Below are positions 27,251 through 40,060 of a stretch of DNA of 64,000 bases, in pieces. The notes below the pieces were generated by a model that saw nothing but the letters and a program-made list of their open reading frames with translations, was not told the origin of the DNA and ran no database searches. The DNA is from Nageia nagi (taxonomy: Eukaryota; Plantae; Pinophyta): NCBI GenBank assembly GCA_050084985.1, contig JBITNC010000001.1:133176001-133240000 (forward strand), given 5' to 3'. Made by a program: the position numbers and the translations under genes. The first letter of the stretch is position 1. The number at the start of each line of letters is the position of its first letter.

Positions 27251-29366
27251 GTGAAGTTTGAATTCTTATGTTGAATTCATGTTTGTGATGATAATTTCAC
27301 CCCTAAGAGGATTTCATGCTATATAGCATTGATTTTGTTGTGCACCTTCATGGTAAGTTCACTCTATGTGAGGAACTTGTACAAATTTTTAAAGCAAAAA
27401 AGATTGGCCAATATAGCACTATTTAGTTATCCATGTGTGAGGAACTCTTGTGTGTTTTTTGACATTATTCAGTTATCCATATGTGTGGAACTTGTATGTG
27501 CATGCTCTATTTTGTAATGATAATCAACACATGTTTTTATATATAGTAGGTGACTATGAGTTTTGGCTTAGCATCTTCATGATGATTTATAGTGCACCAT
27601 TGATCAATTCATGATGGCATTTGTGTAATTCATATATCCTTGTTGATATGAATATGTTACATCTAATTGATCCTGTTATTCAAAATACTTATGACTTGTA
27701 GGTTCTTTTGATATTGTAAGTTACTTACTTCAAGTATGTAGGCTCTTGGAGACTCTTCATGACTTCCAATTGGATGACTACTTCATGTACATTAAAACTA
27801 GTTGTAGTTAATGATTGTATTTGGTAAAGTAGTGAGTCTCAAACTAGATATTTATTACTTTACAAATATGTAAAAAGTTTTCATCTCTGTTGTATTTTTT
27901 TGAAGGAGAACTCTCTTATTTTCTCTCCTTCTCTCTTATTCGCTTTATCCCAATATTGCATTAAGGGAGAGTGTTGGAATGTATAATGCATTATTGTAAT
28001 AGTTTTGTAATAATACTCTATGTAAGTTCAATAATACTTAAGGGTATAATTTGATACTTTAAGTATTTATATGAATATGATAATGTTACTTTTCCTACAC
28101 TCTATGTCATGAGCATGCCCCTTGGGTAAAAGGATGTGCATGTTATGCTTTTGTACATTGGGTAAAAGGGTTATCTAAAGAGGGATTTTGGCCTATAAAT
28201 AGAAGGCTCCCTCTTTGGATCATACACCAATTTATGTAGTAAAGCTATACTATAGGATAGTGTTTGAGATGTTAGAAAAATTGTAAGAGATTCATGTTTG
28301 TGAATGAAGTAAGATCTAGTTAGTGGATGTATTTTTAGTTGGAGGAACCAGTTACATATTGTGGTATCTTTGTGAGATTGCTTTGTGAGTTAATTAAATG
28401 TGTATTGTGAGCTTTCATGTGATCTTGGGATTTTCTAGTTGTTCATTTTATAGTTCAATTCTCTAATCCATCCACCCTAATGTTAGGTATAATACATGCA
28501 CCAATTGGGGATAAGCCTAATCGATGATCGATCAGCCCACTAGAACCACAAAATAGCAACATGTTAGATGAATTAGACCCTAAAACATAGAAAAATGGGT
28601 GTGATTGAACTAAAAATGAAAATTCCCTCATCCAAGCTAGCATGTTGACAATAGATATTTTTTTATTTTTTATTTTGTCCATTTAAAATACCATGTAGAT
28701 GTGCAAAGTTAGGGTTCTCCACTATGGGATCCTCACCCATAGTAGAAGAATAAGTTGAGGTATAATATTATTATCTAATATATTAGGTATTCATGGTAAA
28801 ATTGAAAAAGTAATAAAAAATAAATGAAGTAATGAAATTTACCTTCATCATAGGTTGATAGAATCTTGACTTAAAAAAGTGTTAATTGCTAAGAAGTTAT
28901 CTTTTAGCTACTTCAAAGAATGTAAATACAAGAAGAAACATACATCCACATAAAACTAAGTAACAAAAAGATTAGAATAAATTGTAGTCATTTTATTAAT
29001 GGATTTCAAATAATTTTATAGAGAAATTGTAAGGAAACTCTCATAAGCTGCAACACTAATTAATGCATGGTGATCCCCTTTGATTTTCTATAATATGTCT
29101 AAATAAGTATCACAAATCAAAATAATCTAACTTGAGCATCGCCATCTATCTTCAAGATAATATAAAAGAAGAAAACAATGGTAAGAAAAGGAAAGAGAAA
29201 ATAAGGAAAAACTACAAAATGCTTAAAGATTAGGATATATCCTATACCTTAACCCAAAAATCTGGACTCTAAACTCCTTTAAATGTGTCCTTTATTATTT
29301 TATTTATAGTTTTATTTGGTGTATCTTGTGATGATCCATTTTATCATGATAACACACTTCATTTAA

Positions 29367-30055
29367 CCCTCCATGCATAAGGGTCATTGGGGCATGCCTA
29401 TCATGACATGCCATGGCCTTGCATGTGATGTGGAGTTAATTGAACTTTGTTTATTTTAAATGCTTTTCAATGTTCAATTAACCATGGTTTAAATAGCATT
29501 TGATTAGTCTACTCTCAATATTGCTTGATTATCCATTAACTAGATTCAATTAGACATCATGTCAATAATGTTCAATTAGCCCATAATGTCGAATGACTAA
29601 TTGGGCTAAGCATCATTTGATTAACCCCCTGATATCAATGACATTCGATTATCTCATGCTTGCCATGTTGAACATATATCTCACATATCAAGGATATCAT
29701 TAATATCTTATACTAATCATACTATGTTTATGTAGTTTAAATATAGGTCAATTAACCCATACATCATATCACCCCACCTCTAGTTTTGAATGTTGCCAAC
29801 CATTATACTTGAACATGCTAATACCAAGGTTAATCAAACTTCAATTAGATCACTATATTTAATGCCTAGGCTAGTCGAATTATATTCATTGGGTTCATAC
29901 ATAAGTTGATTAACCCATACATCATATCACCTAACCTCCATTTTGAATGTTGTCAATCATCGTACACACATTTGTTAATGTAGAGGTTATTCAAACTTCA
30001 ATTAGAATCTATACACAAGTTTATTAGCCTCTAACCCATATGCTTAAACATGTGC
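29367..30055 (+). repeat. Left terminal inverted repeat
   Basis: Aligns to the reverse complement of 43809-44478 as far as aaacatgtgc; contains many GATTAACC/CAATTAACC motifs. Confidence 0.9.
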
Positions 30056-30556
30056 AAAGATCCAATAGTTACTTATGCAGTTTAAATGAATTTTGATTAA
30101 CCCACCTTTATAAATCAAAAGCTAATCATTTTCATTTGCATTATTTTGTGCATGCTTGAACATGGTGTTGCAGGGAGCTCTTAAACAAGTAGTGAAGATC
30201 AATACCACATAGGCTTTTCCAATTCTTGTGCTATGTTTATTCATTTTGTAGTACATGAATGTTCAAGCATGCCATAGGTTTTTTTTTATATATGTATTTT
30301 TCTTGTTGCACTCTATGAAAGTTTGCTTCTTATAGTTTGTCAAAAAAATCTTGTAGTTTTTTTTACATATGTATTTTGCATCACCTATTTTGAATAATTG
30401 TGATCATTGCATTCCATGATATTACATTCTATGTGTTTTGCATTTTCTATTTCTCAACTATCCTCTTCTCAAATCTAAAAAATACCCAAACTTGGGTATC
30501 TTGTTGTGCTCCACACTTGGGTATTTGAAAAGGCACCTTCAAAATAGTTTGCATCA

Positions 30557-30881
30557 CTAATAATAATATCCACAAGAACATTCACCATACTTCAAATTAT
30601 TTAATTAGTTCAAATCCCTCACAACACTATCCCTTGCAATAATCTTGGATATAAACTTGGTTGCAATAATGCATTCATTACATACTCAAAGATTCTTCAC
30701 AACTCTAATAAAAATTCTAAGGGGAGTCTTCATCGTTAGCCTCGACATCTCATAACATAGGTATTGTATTTGGAATATACATTATTTCCTTCATCTTACT
30801 TGATAATTTATCCAATTTTCCATAGATGTCCTATGTTTTTTGGTGTGATATATCTCATACAAGAAAAGCATGTACCCTTTT
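30557..30881 (-). pseudogene. PPR E+/DYW domain fragment, copy 1 (HSE segment deleted)
   Basis: Minus strand reads KRVHAFLV...VVRDLN*LNNLKYGECSCGYYY* (compare VRDxNRFHHFxxGxCSCxDYW). Confidence 0.8.
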
Positions 30882-32789
30882 GTCATTTAAAAGTATAAAT
30901 AGTTAACACAAGCCTTCAAAATCCAATTTTGGCTACAAATATGGCTTTCAAGTTCCAAGGTTCAATAACATATTCATGTCATGAAATTTAATATATAAAA
31001 ATTTCTAGGGTTCACTTATTCTAAATTTACCCATGTGGGATCATGAAAACCCTACCAGAAAATGAATTCAATTATTAGGGTTTGTTGCTACTATTATCTT
31101 TTAAAATTTAGTATTTTATTGTAACTATGCGAATAAGAAAGTAAGTCTTTGAACAATGGAAATTAGGCAACATGAGTCATTTGTGAAGGAGATATTTGTT
31201 GAAATGAGTAGACTCTTCATTTATCTTGGCAAATAAAATCTTTGAAAATAATATGAAACTTGTTAATAACTCATAGGTGATCCATCAACAACTTTCAAGG
31301 GGTTATAAATTCATGAAAAACCAATAAAAAAAGTGGGAATTCTTTTTTTTTTAATATTTTTCTTGCTCTTTTAGCCAATTTTTTCAAGTGTTACCTTAAA
31401 TAGAGGGAAGAAAACTCTACCTTTTGGCAATTTCAAGGAAGATTCATGCTACTTTGCTATAATCTTCATAATTTATAATGTATATTATATTTTATCTTTG
31501 ATTTTAAGTATCTTTCATACATGTTGCATAAATTAATTAAGATTCAAAAAATTCTACTAGTCTATTAAAGAAAAAATGTTGCATAAATTCATTAAGATTC
31601 AAGTATCACATTGAGAGGTTGCTCAATTTTCATAAATCAAATGAAAATTCAAGTGTTGAATTATGTCCATTTTTGTGTCTTTTAGGTTTATTATGCTATT
31701 CCATTTTTTTTAGTTTTAGTAATCCCCTTTTATTTCTTTGGTTTATAACAATAGGTGCACATAAATATTTATTTAACATGTGAAAACAAAATTGTAGTGG
31801 TGTTTTCAACATTACAAAGACAAAATTTGGAAAGACTATATGTTTTCCAATAATAGTAGTCAATCTCCAAAGCCAAACGTAGCCAAGCTTATGGTTCCCC
31901 AAGTGTTTGTTTTGATTGATTTGGGAAGATTACTAGAGAGTTTGGTTAACATAAAAAAAAACTTATTAGTTTAATCTTAATTACTCATTATAATTGACTT
32001 AGTATGATTACTAGTAAATATCTTAGTCAATATTAAAGAAGTTTTTAACTTGAATGTGATTACTCTATGATTGAGTTGGTCTATACTATGATCTAATGAA
32101 TGCTTGTATGATTATATATTTTTAGAACATGTGAATTTGGAATTTAAACATTAAATGGTAAATCTATACTAGTAAATAAGTGGCCTTGTTGTGTTGTACT
32201 CCTTGGTTTGGTGCTTTTAAAGAGATCAAAATAAGAATCCCTTCTCAACATATTTTCACAATCTCTATTTTATAAGATGCTTCTTCATATTGTATTTCCA
32301 AGAGAGATAATCATTAATTCTTGAATACACTCATTAAGGTTATAGAACTTATGAGAATCTTATGGTTTCATGGGAGTATAATCATCCAATTTTGAATTTC
32401 ATATCTTATGAGTTGGTGCATTCCTAATATCCTATAATTCCATACATTGCTCCAAATTTTAGCCTTTATCATCCTTATTGTTGAAATTTTAGATTAATAT
32501 TTGACCAAAAATTGCCTACTTTTCCTTGAATTTATATTAATATTTGGGATTCTAATTAACCCCTTAATGTCAACTTACATGGGCACATAATTGCCAACTA
32601 TGTGTCACCTTAGCATAAAATAGTAATAAACAACACAACACAAATGATGAGTGAATTGGAACCTGAACTTTTGTGTACTAACCCATTAAATGTGTGGGTA
32701 TCATGGTCACACCTAAAAGGATCATTACTTAAATTTTTTAATCTGATAGATCTTGGAGAAGAAAATCAAGCCTCTATTAGTTCATTTTT

Positions 32790-33420
32790 TACCAAGTTAG
32801 ATCCCTCACAACAATGTCACTTACAACAATCTTCAATATAAACTTGGTTGTAGTGTGGAAGTCATTGTATACTCAAATATTCTTCACAAATCTAAGAATG
32901 GTTCCAAGGGGGAGTCTTTAACAACCTAAATGTAATTTCAAAATTTTCACTATGCTGGCAGAGGAGCAATTCTTCACATCTTGTAACACAGGTATTGTGT
33001 TTGGAATATACCATATTGCCTTCATCTCATTCGATAATTTCTCCAATTATACATATATGTCCTATGTTTTTTGGTGTGATATGTCTTGTACAAGAAAAGC
33101 ATGTACCCTTTTTTCAACTTCAATCCAACTACATCCAAGTATCTTCCTAATTCCTCTATATTTCGTCAATGGCATTACTCTTAGAAAATCATCATCAATT
33201 GCCTAATTTAGCATAAATATATGAAAGAATAAAATAAGATGAAGTATTTTTAGGCTCTAACAAAAAAGGATTATTGCCACAAATTCCTTTATTCATACAT
33301 TCTTATGTGATCTACAAGCACCAAGCAAATTGTGCATTCTTCCAAATTTTGCATACATGTCTATTAGAATACTCTCAACCTTAACATTCAATGAAATACT
33401 ATTTTCAATTGTATCTACTT
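32790..33420 (-). pseudogene. PPR S/E/E+/DYW fragment, copy 2
   Basis: ILIDMYAKFG / LLGACRSHKN...LSYIYAKLG...GIRKILGCSWIEVEKRVHAF...LLCQHSENFEITFRLLKTP...TTTKFILKIVVSDIVVRD. Confidence 0.88.
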
Positions 33421-34609
33421 AAAAGTATCTAGATTCATAGGTTTTAGAGTTATTACTTCAATTGAAAATAGTCATGATGAAATTTTTAGGTTGATAAAGT
33501 GATTGTTTCTCACAACAAGGATCTGAATCCTATTAAATTGAATTTGGGCATTGGGGCTTATTGTATAGAGGTATGAATGGATCAATAAAATTATATTTTT
33601 GAAATTAGTTCCTTTTCTATCAGATAGATTTGAGTTACTTCTTAATTTTTGACATAATTATTTTGGCTTATGAATTATTTGATATATTTCATAATTTTTT
33701 TATTTTACTTGAATTTTAAACAATAATACATTTTAATTCTTTTATTTATGTATAATTGAAAAGTCAAAAATTTGACAATCATTAGGAATTTAGATTTCTA
33801 ATGTTTATAGAGAGATCTTGTGCTTGGTGATCCCAAAAGTGCCCAAATAGGGCCTCATTTCCTTAATATACATTGAGACAAGGACTAACTCATCTTGTTT
33901 ACAATAAACAACAAACTCTTAGTGATGGAATGGTTTATAGTCCTTATAGCAATGTTACTTGCAATAGTCATGGAGATAACTTGGTTGTAGTATCACAAAT
34001 CTAAAACAAACTCTAATAAAATCTTTTTTAGTTATCCCCTAGTAATCACTAAATGAATACTACCCATTCTTGAAGTGGTAGAAAGGATTGATATCCTTAA
34101 AATAATTTTGGCAATTATCTCTTACTCTTTAGTTCCTCATAATTGAAAAATAAATAAGCACAAAACTGTAAGTTGGAAGGATCTAAAATTGCTTTATAAC
34201 ATACATAAATTCTTTCAATTAAGGAGCCTAAAATTGTTTATCAAGATGCAAAGAATGAATCATAATGAAAAGGACTTATAATTGTATAAAAACATCCAAT
34301 TGTATACACTAAAAGGAATGCAATTTAATTGATAAAATTCTTCATCGAATGGCATGCTCAAGCTGTGAAATGACTACAAAGTATGCATAAGATATATTGA
34401 ATGGGTCTAAAATATATTTGAAAAAATGATCAGGTCATATGTATTAGGAAAGAATTATTAGAAAATTATATAAATTATTTATACTAAAGAGGGGTCCTTT
34501 AGTTTATTAACAACATGCCCCATTTGTATGTAATAGATTTGTACAATATATATATATATTGAAGATCTTACGAACTATTTGAAAAAATGTCTAAATATTT
34601 TCATTTGAA

Positions 34610-34980
34610 AGGATCTAGAAATATATTTGACAAAATGTTTTTCTTTGGAAATACATGATACAAATGTAGTTTCATGGATTGCAATATTTGCTAGTTGTAA
34701 AAAAATGGATTTTCTTAAGAGAATCTAGAGACTTTGAAACAAATGCAATTTATTATGTGTAAAGATAATCCCTACAAATTTTTACAATAGTCTTCCAACA
34801 TGTGCCATTGTGGGAGTCTTTATGGAAGGTATGTTCATTCATTAAAGAGTATTTGAAAATGGTTTCTCATTGAATATTATGGTTGTGAATGCCTTGATAG
34901 TGAGTGACCTAATAGACATGTATGCATAATGTGGGAGAATATGCATGGTCCATAAAATGTTTGATAAGATGTATGATGTC
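34610..34980 (+). pseudogene. PLS-class PPR fragment
   Basis: NVVSWIAIFASC; SLPTCAIVG; IH*RVFENGFSLNIMVVNALI; LIDMYA*CGRICMVHKMFDKM. Confidence 0.8.
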
Positions 34981-35209
34981 ATTCTAAGAAAAGTTGCAAC
35001 TAAATGAACTTAATTTCAAATTCCAAGTACTCAATATCATGGTTTGCAGTCTACTATACTTCTAATAGTCTCAAAAGGTTTTACCAATATAAGGGATCCT
35101 AGTACACCATTTTAGATAATTCTTCTCTATTTGGGTCAAAAAAGAAAATTTTCTTTATTATTTATACATTTTTTAAGTTCATATAAGCTTTTTTTCATTA
35201 CATAGAAGA

Positions 35210-35545
35210 AAAATTATGTTGTTAGGTTTGGATCCCTAATGCTTCATCCATGTCCTTACTCTTTGAACACATATCCACACACATAATTCAAGTTTTATGG
35301 ACATCTTGAAAATGAAGTTCAAATCTTACTCAAGATATCCTACATATCCAAGAAGGTCAACAATGCATGCATAATGATTCATCCTAGGAATAATGTGATA
35401 AGGGCCACTCATGCCATTAAAATATTTATAGTCCTTATACACTAGAGGTGCATGGTTGCATGCAAGTAGAACATAAACAAATATTATGTTATTAGGTGTG
35501 GATCCCAAGTGCTTCGTCAATGTCCTTACTCTTTAAACACATATC
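35210..35545 (-). pseudogene. PPR L2-S2 fragment with a local ~65-bp duplication
   Basis: PNNIIFVYVLLACNHAPLVYKDYKYFNGM...PRMNHYACIVDLLGYVGYLE; 35212-35277 resembles 35480-35545. Confidence 0.85.
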
Positions 35546-35689
35546 TTCCAATCTAAATAAGTTTTTTTTGGATTTTTTGGCACTTGTTCCAATCTAAATA
35601 AGTATTTTAAGGGTGTTTGGGTCAATCACATGATTTGTTCATTTTGTCAAATTGGCAAGATATAATACATTTTATCAAATGGTCAAGGG

Positions 35690-37915
35690 TACAAAGTGGG
35701 AGAAGTTTTTCCAAATACCTATCCAAGAAATGGTTGATAAGGAGTTTTTTTCTCATCTTGGTCTATCATGGATTGAAGTTTAATGCAAAGGAGGTATGAA
35801 AGATTTGGTGTAGGTATACCTATTGAAAGATTAGATGAAATCAAGAGAGGTGAAGAATATCATCTAGATACCCAATCCTTTTTTATGTAGAATAAAATGA
35901 TTAACAACATCCATAATAAAGCTAATGGTAGCCACCCTCAAAATTTATCTACATTAAAGAAACACAAAATGTTAGTGTAGTTTTTATGTTTCATTTTGCA
36001 TAAAACATACCTTTTGATGCTATAAAATGTAATACATTTATTAAATACTATATCATTCATAAATTGTATTTATTGGTGCTCGTATGGGTACCAAGATAAG
36101 AGGCATACCCCATTTACACCAAAAAGGATGAGGGTTTTTTTTTTAAAAAAAAAGAGGATGCTTATGTCATTTTTTGGTTAAGGTATATCATCACCTTCCT
36201 ATTGTTGCCTTCATCACTTATAATTATTTCAAACATGTGGATAATGAATGAGAGCCTTACCATGGTGTTTATGACCCATCAAACATTGGTTAGATAATGT
36301 ATGTACCATATTTATCACCTAAAGTAGTAGCAGTTATGGAAGCATTATTTTTCATAGGTATCTCCCATGACCAAATTATTGAAGGGGAATACTTGAGTAA
36401 ATTGTTGGGTGGATTACCAATAGATAGAGATGAATTTATAATGAGAAAAGATGTATAAAATATACATATTAGGACTCAATAAGGTATGATGCAAAAACAT
36501 AACATAGATTCATAAAGTGTTAATCTTTGGGTTGCAAAGCTAAAAGAAAATATCTTTATTTATCGATGACCACATAATAGGAATGAGAGTTTTGTTTTAT
36601 ATTATAAAATTACATGGATGTTGGAGAATATGGTATCATGTGGACACATTCGTATTATTACAATGGAATTAATAATTACTACTAACAAGTATGGGATAAG
36701 TAAACTATCTTATTTTTCTTTTCAAAGTGTAAATCAACATGTGTTAGAATTTTTAAAAAGGGTTCATTGTAAATTGTAGTACCCATTATATACATTGCTA
36801 GTCTTTGATGAGTAAGATAGTGGTGTGCATATTTCATGGGTCATTACACAACATAATTGGATAGATGATGTTTAATAATGGATACAATTGTTACATGATC
36901 TGTGTGAAGAATGTTAATTGGATTGGAAGGTGGAAGCCTTCATGATATATGATTGTCTAGCTGATATAGAAGTGATATAGTAGATAAATTTTATTGTTAT
37001 CCTATACCTTGCATTAAAAACTCCCAAAATACCTATAAAAATTTATGATGGTATTTTTGTATACTAAATGATTATGTAATATGATCCATTCTTCAAGTAT
37101 TCATGAAAAGTTATTTTTGAATGAATGAAATAGGAGGATCTTCAACTATTAGTATCTACTATGTTGTTGATAGGTGTGCAAGCTATGGTTGTAAAATATC
37201 ATCAAGCTTATATCTAAAAAATATTTATACACAAATATATTGTTCAAGTTGGGATATATTATGCATAGCATTGACAATGCAAGCACCATAAATAATCTTA
37301 TTTTTGATTTCATCAATGAATTTATGTATGAGAAGAGGTTCATAGAGTACTTCATTAGTAATTGGATGGAAAAAGATAAGTTTGGTAAGTTCCAATCCAT
37401 AGTATCCTTCAAGAGACTTTAGAATATATTTATACCATAAACAATGTTACTGAAGCTTAATTGTACTTTTTCATGTGTTTCACAGTCATGTGGGAAAAAA
37501 GCTTTTGAGATTTTGATCATGCCAATCAAAAAAAATAATAATTCCATTGAGGCTTACGATTTTTAGTTAAATATAAAATTTATAAAATACATGACTAAGA
37601 AGGGTTCAAGAAGATTGGATAATGTGATTGATAAACTTCACAACAAAGTAGAGCCATTCTACAAGCATAGAGATAAGTTAAAGAGATACCATTTTTAAAA
37701 TAAATATTAGAGAAAAAAGAATCTTAAAACTACATGGGAGAGAGCTCTTCATATTTTGGATTCCCATTATTCTCCCTATGAAACTATTCAAGATGCATAT
37801 TGTGTACAAAGCCAAACATATCAATCCACCAAATACCTTGTAGCTAATTATGGTGAACATGTTTTTACATGTGAATGTATGTGGGTTATATGAGGTAATG
37901 TTTGCAAGCATTCAT
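35690..37915 (+). pseudogene. Decayed Mutator-like DDE transposase with C-terminal SWIM zinc finger (At4g13970/At1g60560-type family), with introns
   Basis: Collinear motifs IPIERLDEIKRGE, YWCSYG, KRGCLCHFLVK, KHVD..PYHG, SVNLWV, TNKYG|YPLYTLLVFDE*DSGVHISWVI, WKVEAFMIYDC, LLCC**VCKLWL, FIEYFISNW, NNSIEAY, RRLDNVIDKL and SWIM TCECMWVI*GNVCKH. Introns ~36696-36779 (donor mutated to AT), ~36980-37135, and 37385-37485 (GT-AG, phase-compatible). Confidence 0.85.
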
Positions 37916-38028
37916 AAAGATCAAAACACTACTTAAATATGTATGGACCATGTATATTGGGTTTGATTTGAATCCAACCCCTCTTAGTGAAAATGCCCTT
38001 GATTTTAATGAACAACTTATGGTTGAAC

Positions 38029-38092
38029 AAACAAAAATTTCTCCAAAAACACAAATTTCTCCATAAACATAAATTTCTCCACAAACACAATT
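38029..38092 (+). repeat. 18-bp tandem repeat (aaacacaaatttctccan, ~3.5 copies)
   Basis: Direct inspection. Confidence 0.85.
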
Positions 38093-39764
38093 GTGAATGA
38101 CTTAATTGCTTAAGAAATAACCAAATAGAACTTTCTCCACAAATGAGATCTATATTTGATATGTATATTGATATCATAAAGAGCATTCAAGATCAAAATA
38201 AAGGTTAAAGATTCATATCTATGGCTAGAGAATTAGAAAGCTCAGATGGATTCAATTTTGTACATGATTCTAATAGATCTCTAAAAAGGAAAAGAATTGT
38301 AGTTCTCCAATATACAAGAGAAAGAATAGAGGAACAAGAAATATAGAATTGGTAAATCTTAATACTCATGGGAGTGAGTACAATAACTATGACCTTTCTA
38401 TATTAAAAAAATATGAACATACACCTTGCCCCTCAATTCCTTTTTCTTTATATTCTATAAAAGATAAGATATGAATTGTAAAACATTTGTATTTACATTT
38501 GGACATAAATATTTTTCATGTTCTCATATTAATATTTGTATTTGGTTTTAGGTGTTATAGATACTAGAATATCATCTTGTTATATCCTATCATTTGAAGG
38601 GGATTCATCTAATGCAGCATCCTTGATAGCAATTTTAGAATGCAATATTGATGTTTAGAATGAAAATAATATTATCTTTAGTTTCAATCCAAGTTAAAGA
38701 TACCCAAAAATAGTAATGAACTTGTATTCAATTATGAAAGTATAGTACTTTTTAGAACCAATACCTATGTAAGATACACCTTATGGTGTCTATTTAACAA
38801 TTGTGATATTCTTCTTTCTCTAATGTTATAATGCAATATGGCAATTCAATATTATTAACATCTTTTTAAAACTTCTACTTGAAGTATGTTGCAAAGTGGT
38901 TAATTTTGAATGTTTGCTTATAAGTAATTATTGATATTAGCTGTAGTTATTAAATCATGGGCTTTCTTTCTACAATATCATTATTATATTCTTATGTAAG
39001 TAATATCATCCTTTAAGCAAAAAATTACCTTCCATGATGAAAGAAAGTTCCTATGGTTATGATGTGGTTGAAAAATTACATTTTGTGATAAAGCTAATAT
39101 GATGAATGATTGTAAAACTTTAAAAAAAAATATAGTATCTTTAAAAAAACACATTTTTTTGGGTTATAGCCATCTTGTTCAACCACATTTTCGATGTTCA
39201 ATTAACCCATATATCATAAATGCACTTTGATTAACCCAATCTATTAGTTATAACTTGGATTATACATAACTTGTTTAACCCATATCTTTGATTATTTCCA
39301 AGTTCTATGGGTTATACATAGCTCATTTAAATTTTATCTTCAATTAAAGTTCTTTGGGTTATATGCATATCATTTAACCCATTGTAAACACATTTCGATT
39401 ATACAATTTAATATTCAAGTTCTTTTAGGTTATACGTAGATCAGTTAACCATACATCATAAACATACTTTAATTAACCACAATAAAAGCTATGAATGTAG
39501 TTATATCTAGTTTGATTAACTTGTGATAAACATACTTTGATTATAACTAGAGTTACAAAAAATTTGCATTTCTTATTATGAGCAAGTTTTGAGTAAAAAT
39601 GCAAGAAATGCAAAATTTACTCAACACTTAAAACAAGAAATGCAAAATTTGATCAAAACTTGCTTACAGCAAGAAATACAAAATTTTCTCAAAATTCACA
39701 ATGTGTCTACATGAACAAAAACAAATGATCCAAACCTAATTTGATAAAATTTGCTCAAAACTAA

Positions 39765-40060
39765 TGAATTATTTGACAAGATGCATGGTGCAAACCTAGT
39801 TTGATGAACTACAATTCATAACTATAGCAAGGATGTCTCATCAAAATATAGTCTCATGGACTATAATAATCATTATATTTGCACATATTAGGTTATTTGA
39901 GTAGAATGTATAAACTTTTTAAGCAGATACCATTATTAGGAGTAAATACAACCTCTACAACCTTAGCCAACATTCTTCTAGCATGTCCCACCATGGGAGA
40001 TCTAGAAGAAGTTATAGATATACAAGATAGACATGTATGTAAAATATGGAATAAAAAATA
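39765..40060 (+). pseudogene. PLS-class PPR fragment
   Basis: ELFDKMHGANLV; NIVSWTIII; LFKQIPLLGVNTTSTTLANILLACPTMGDLEEVIDI; DMYVKYG. Confidence 0.8.

Larger units (their letters stand above)
21929..28470 (+). mobile_element. Internally deleted (RT-less) Ty1/Copia LTR retrotransposon
   Basis: LTRs start tgttggaatgtataatgcattattg at 21929 and 27972 and align to tagttcaat (~22419/~28459); PPT aagggagag (27963-27971); candidate TSD tccat (21924-21928) vs tccat/tccac (28467-28475). Confidence 0.9.
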
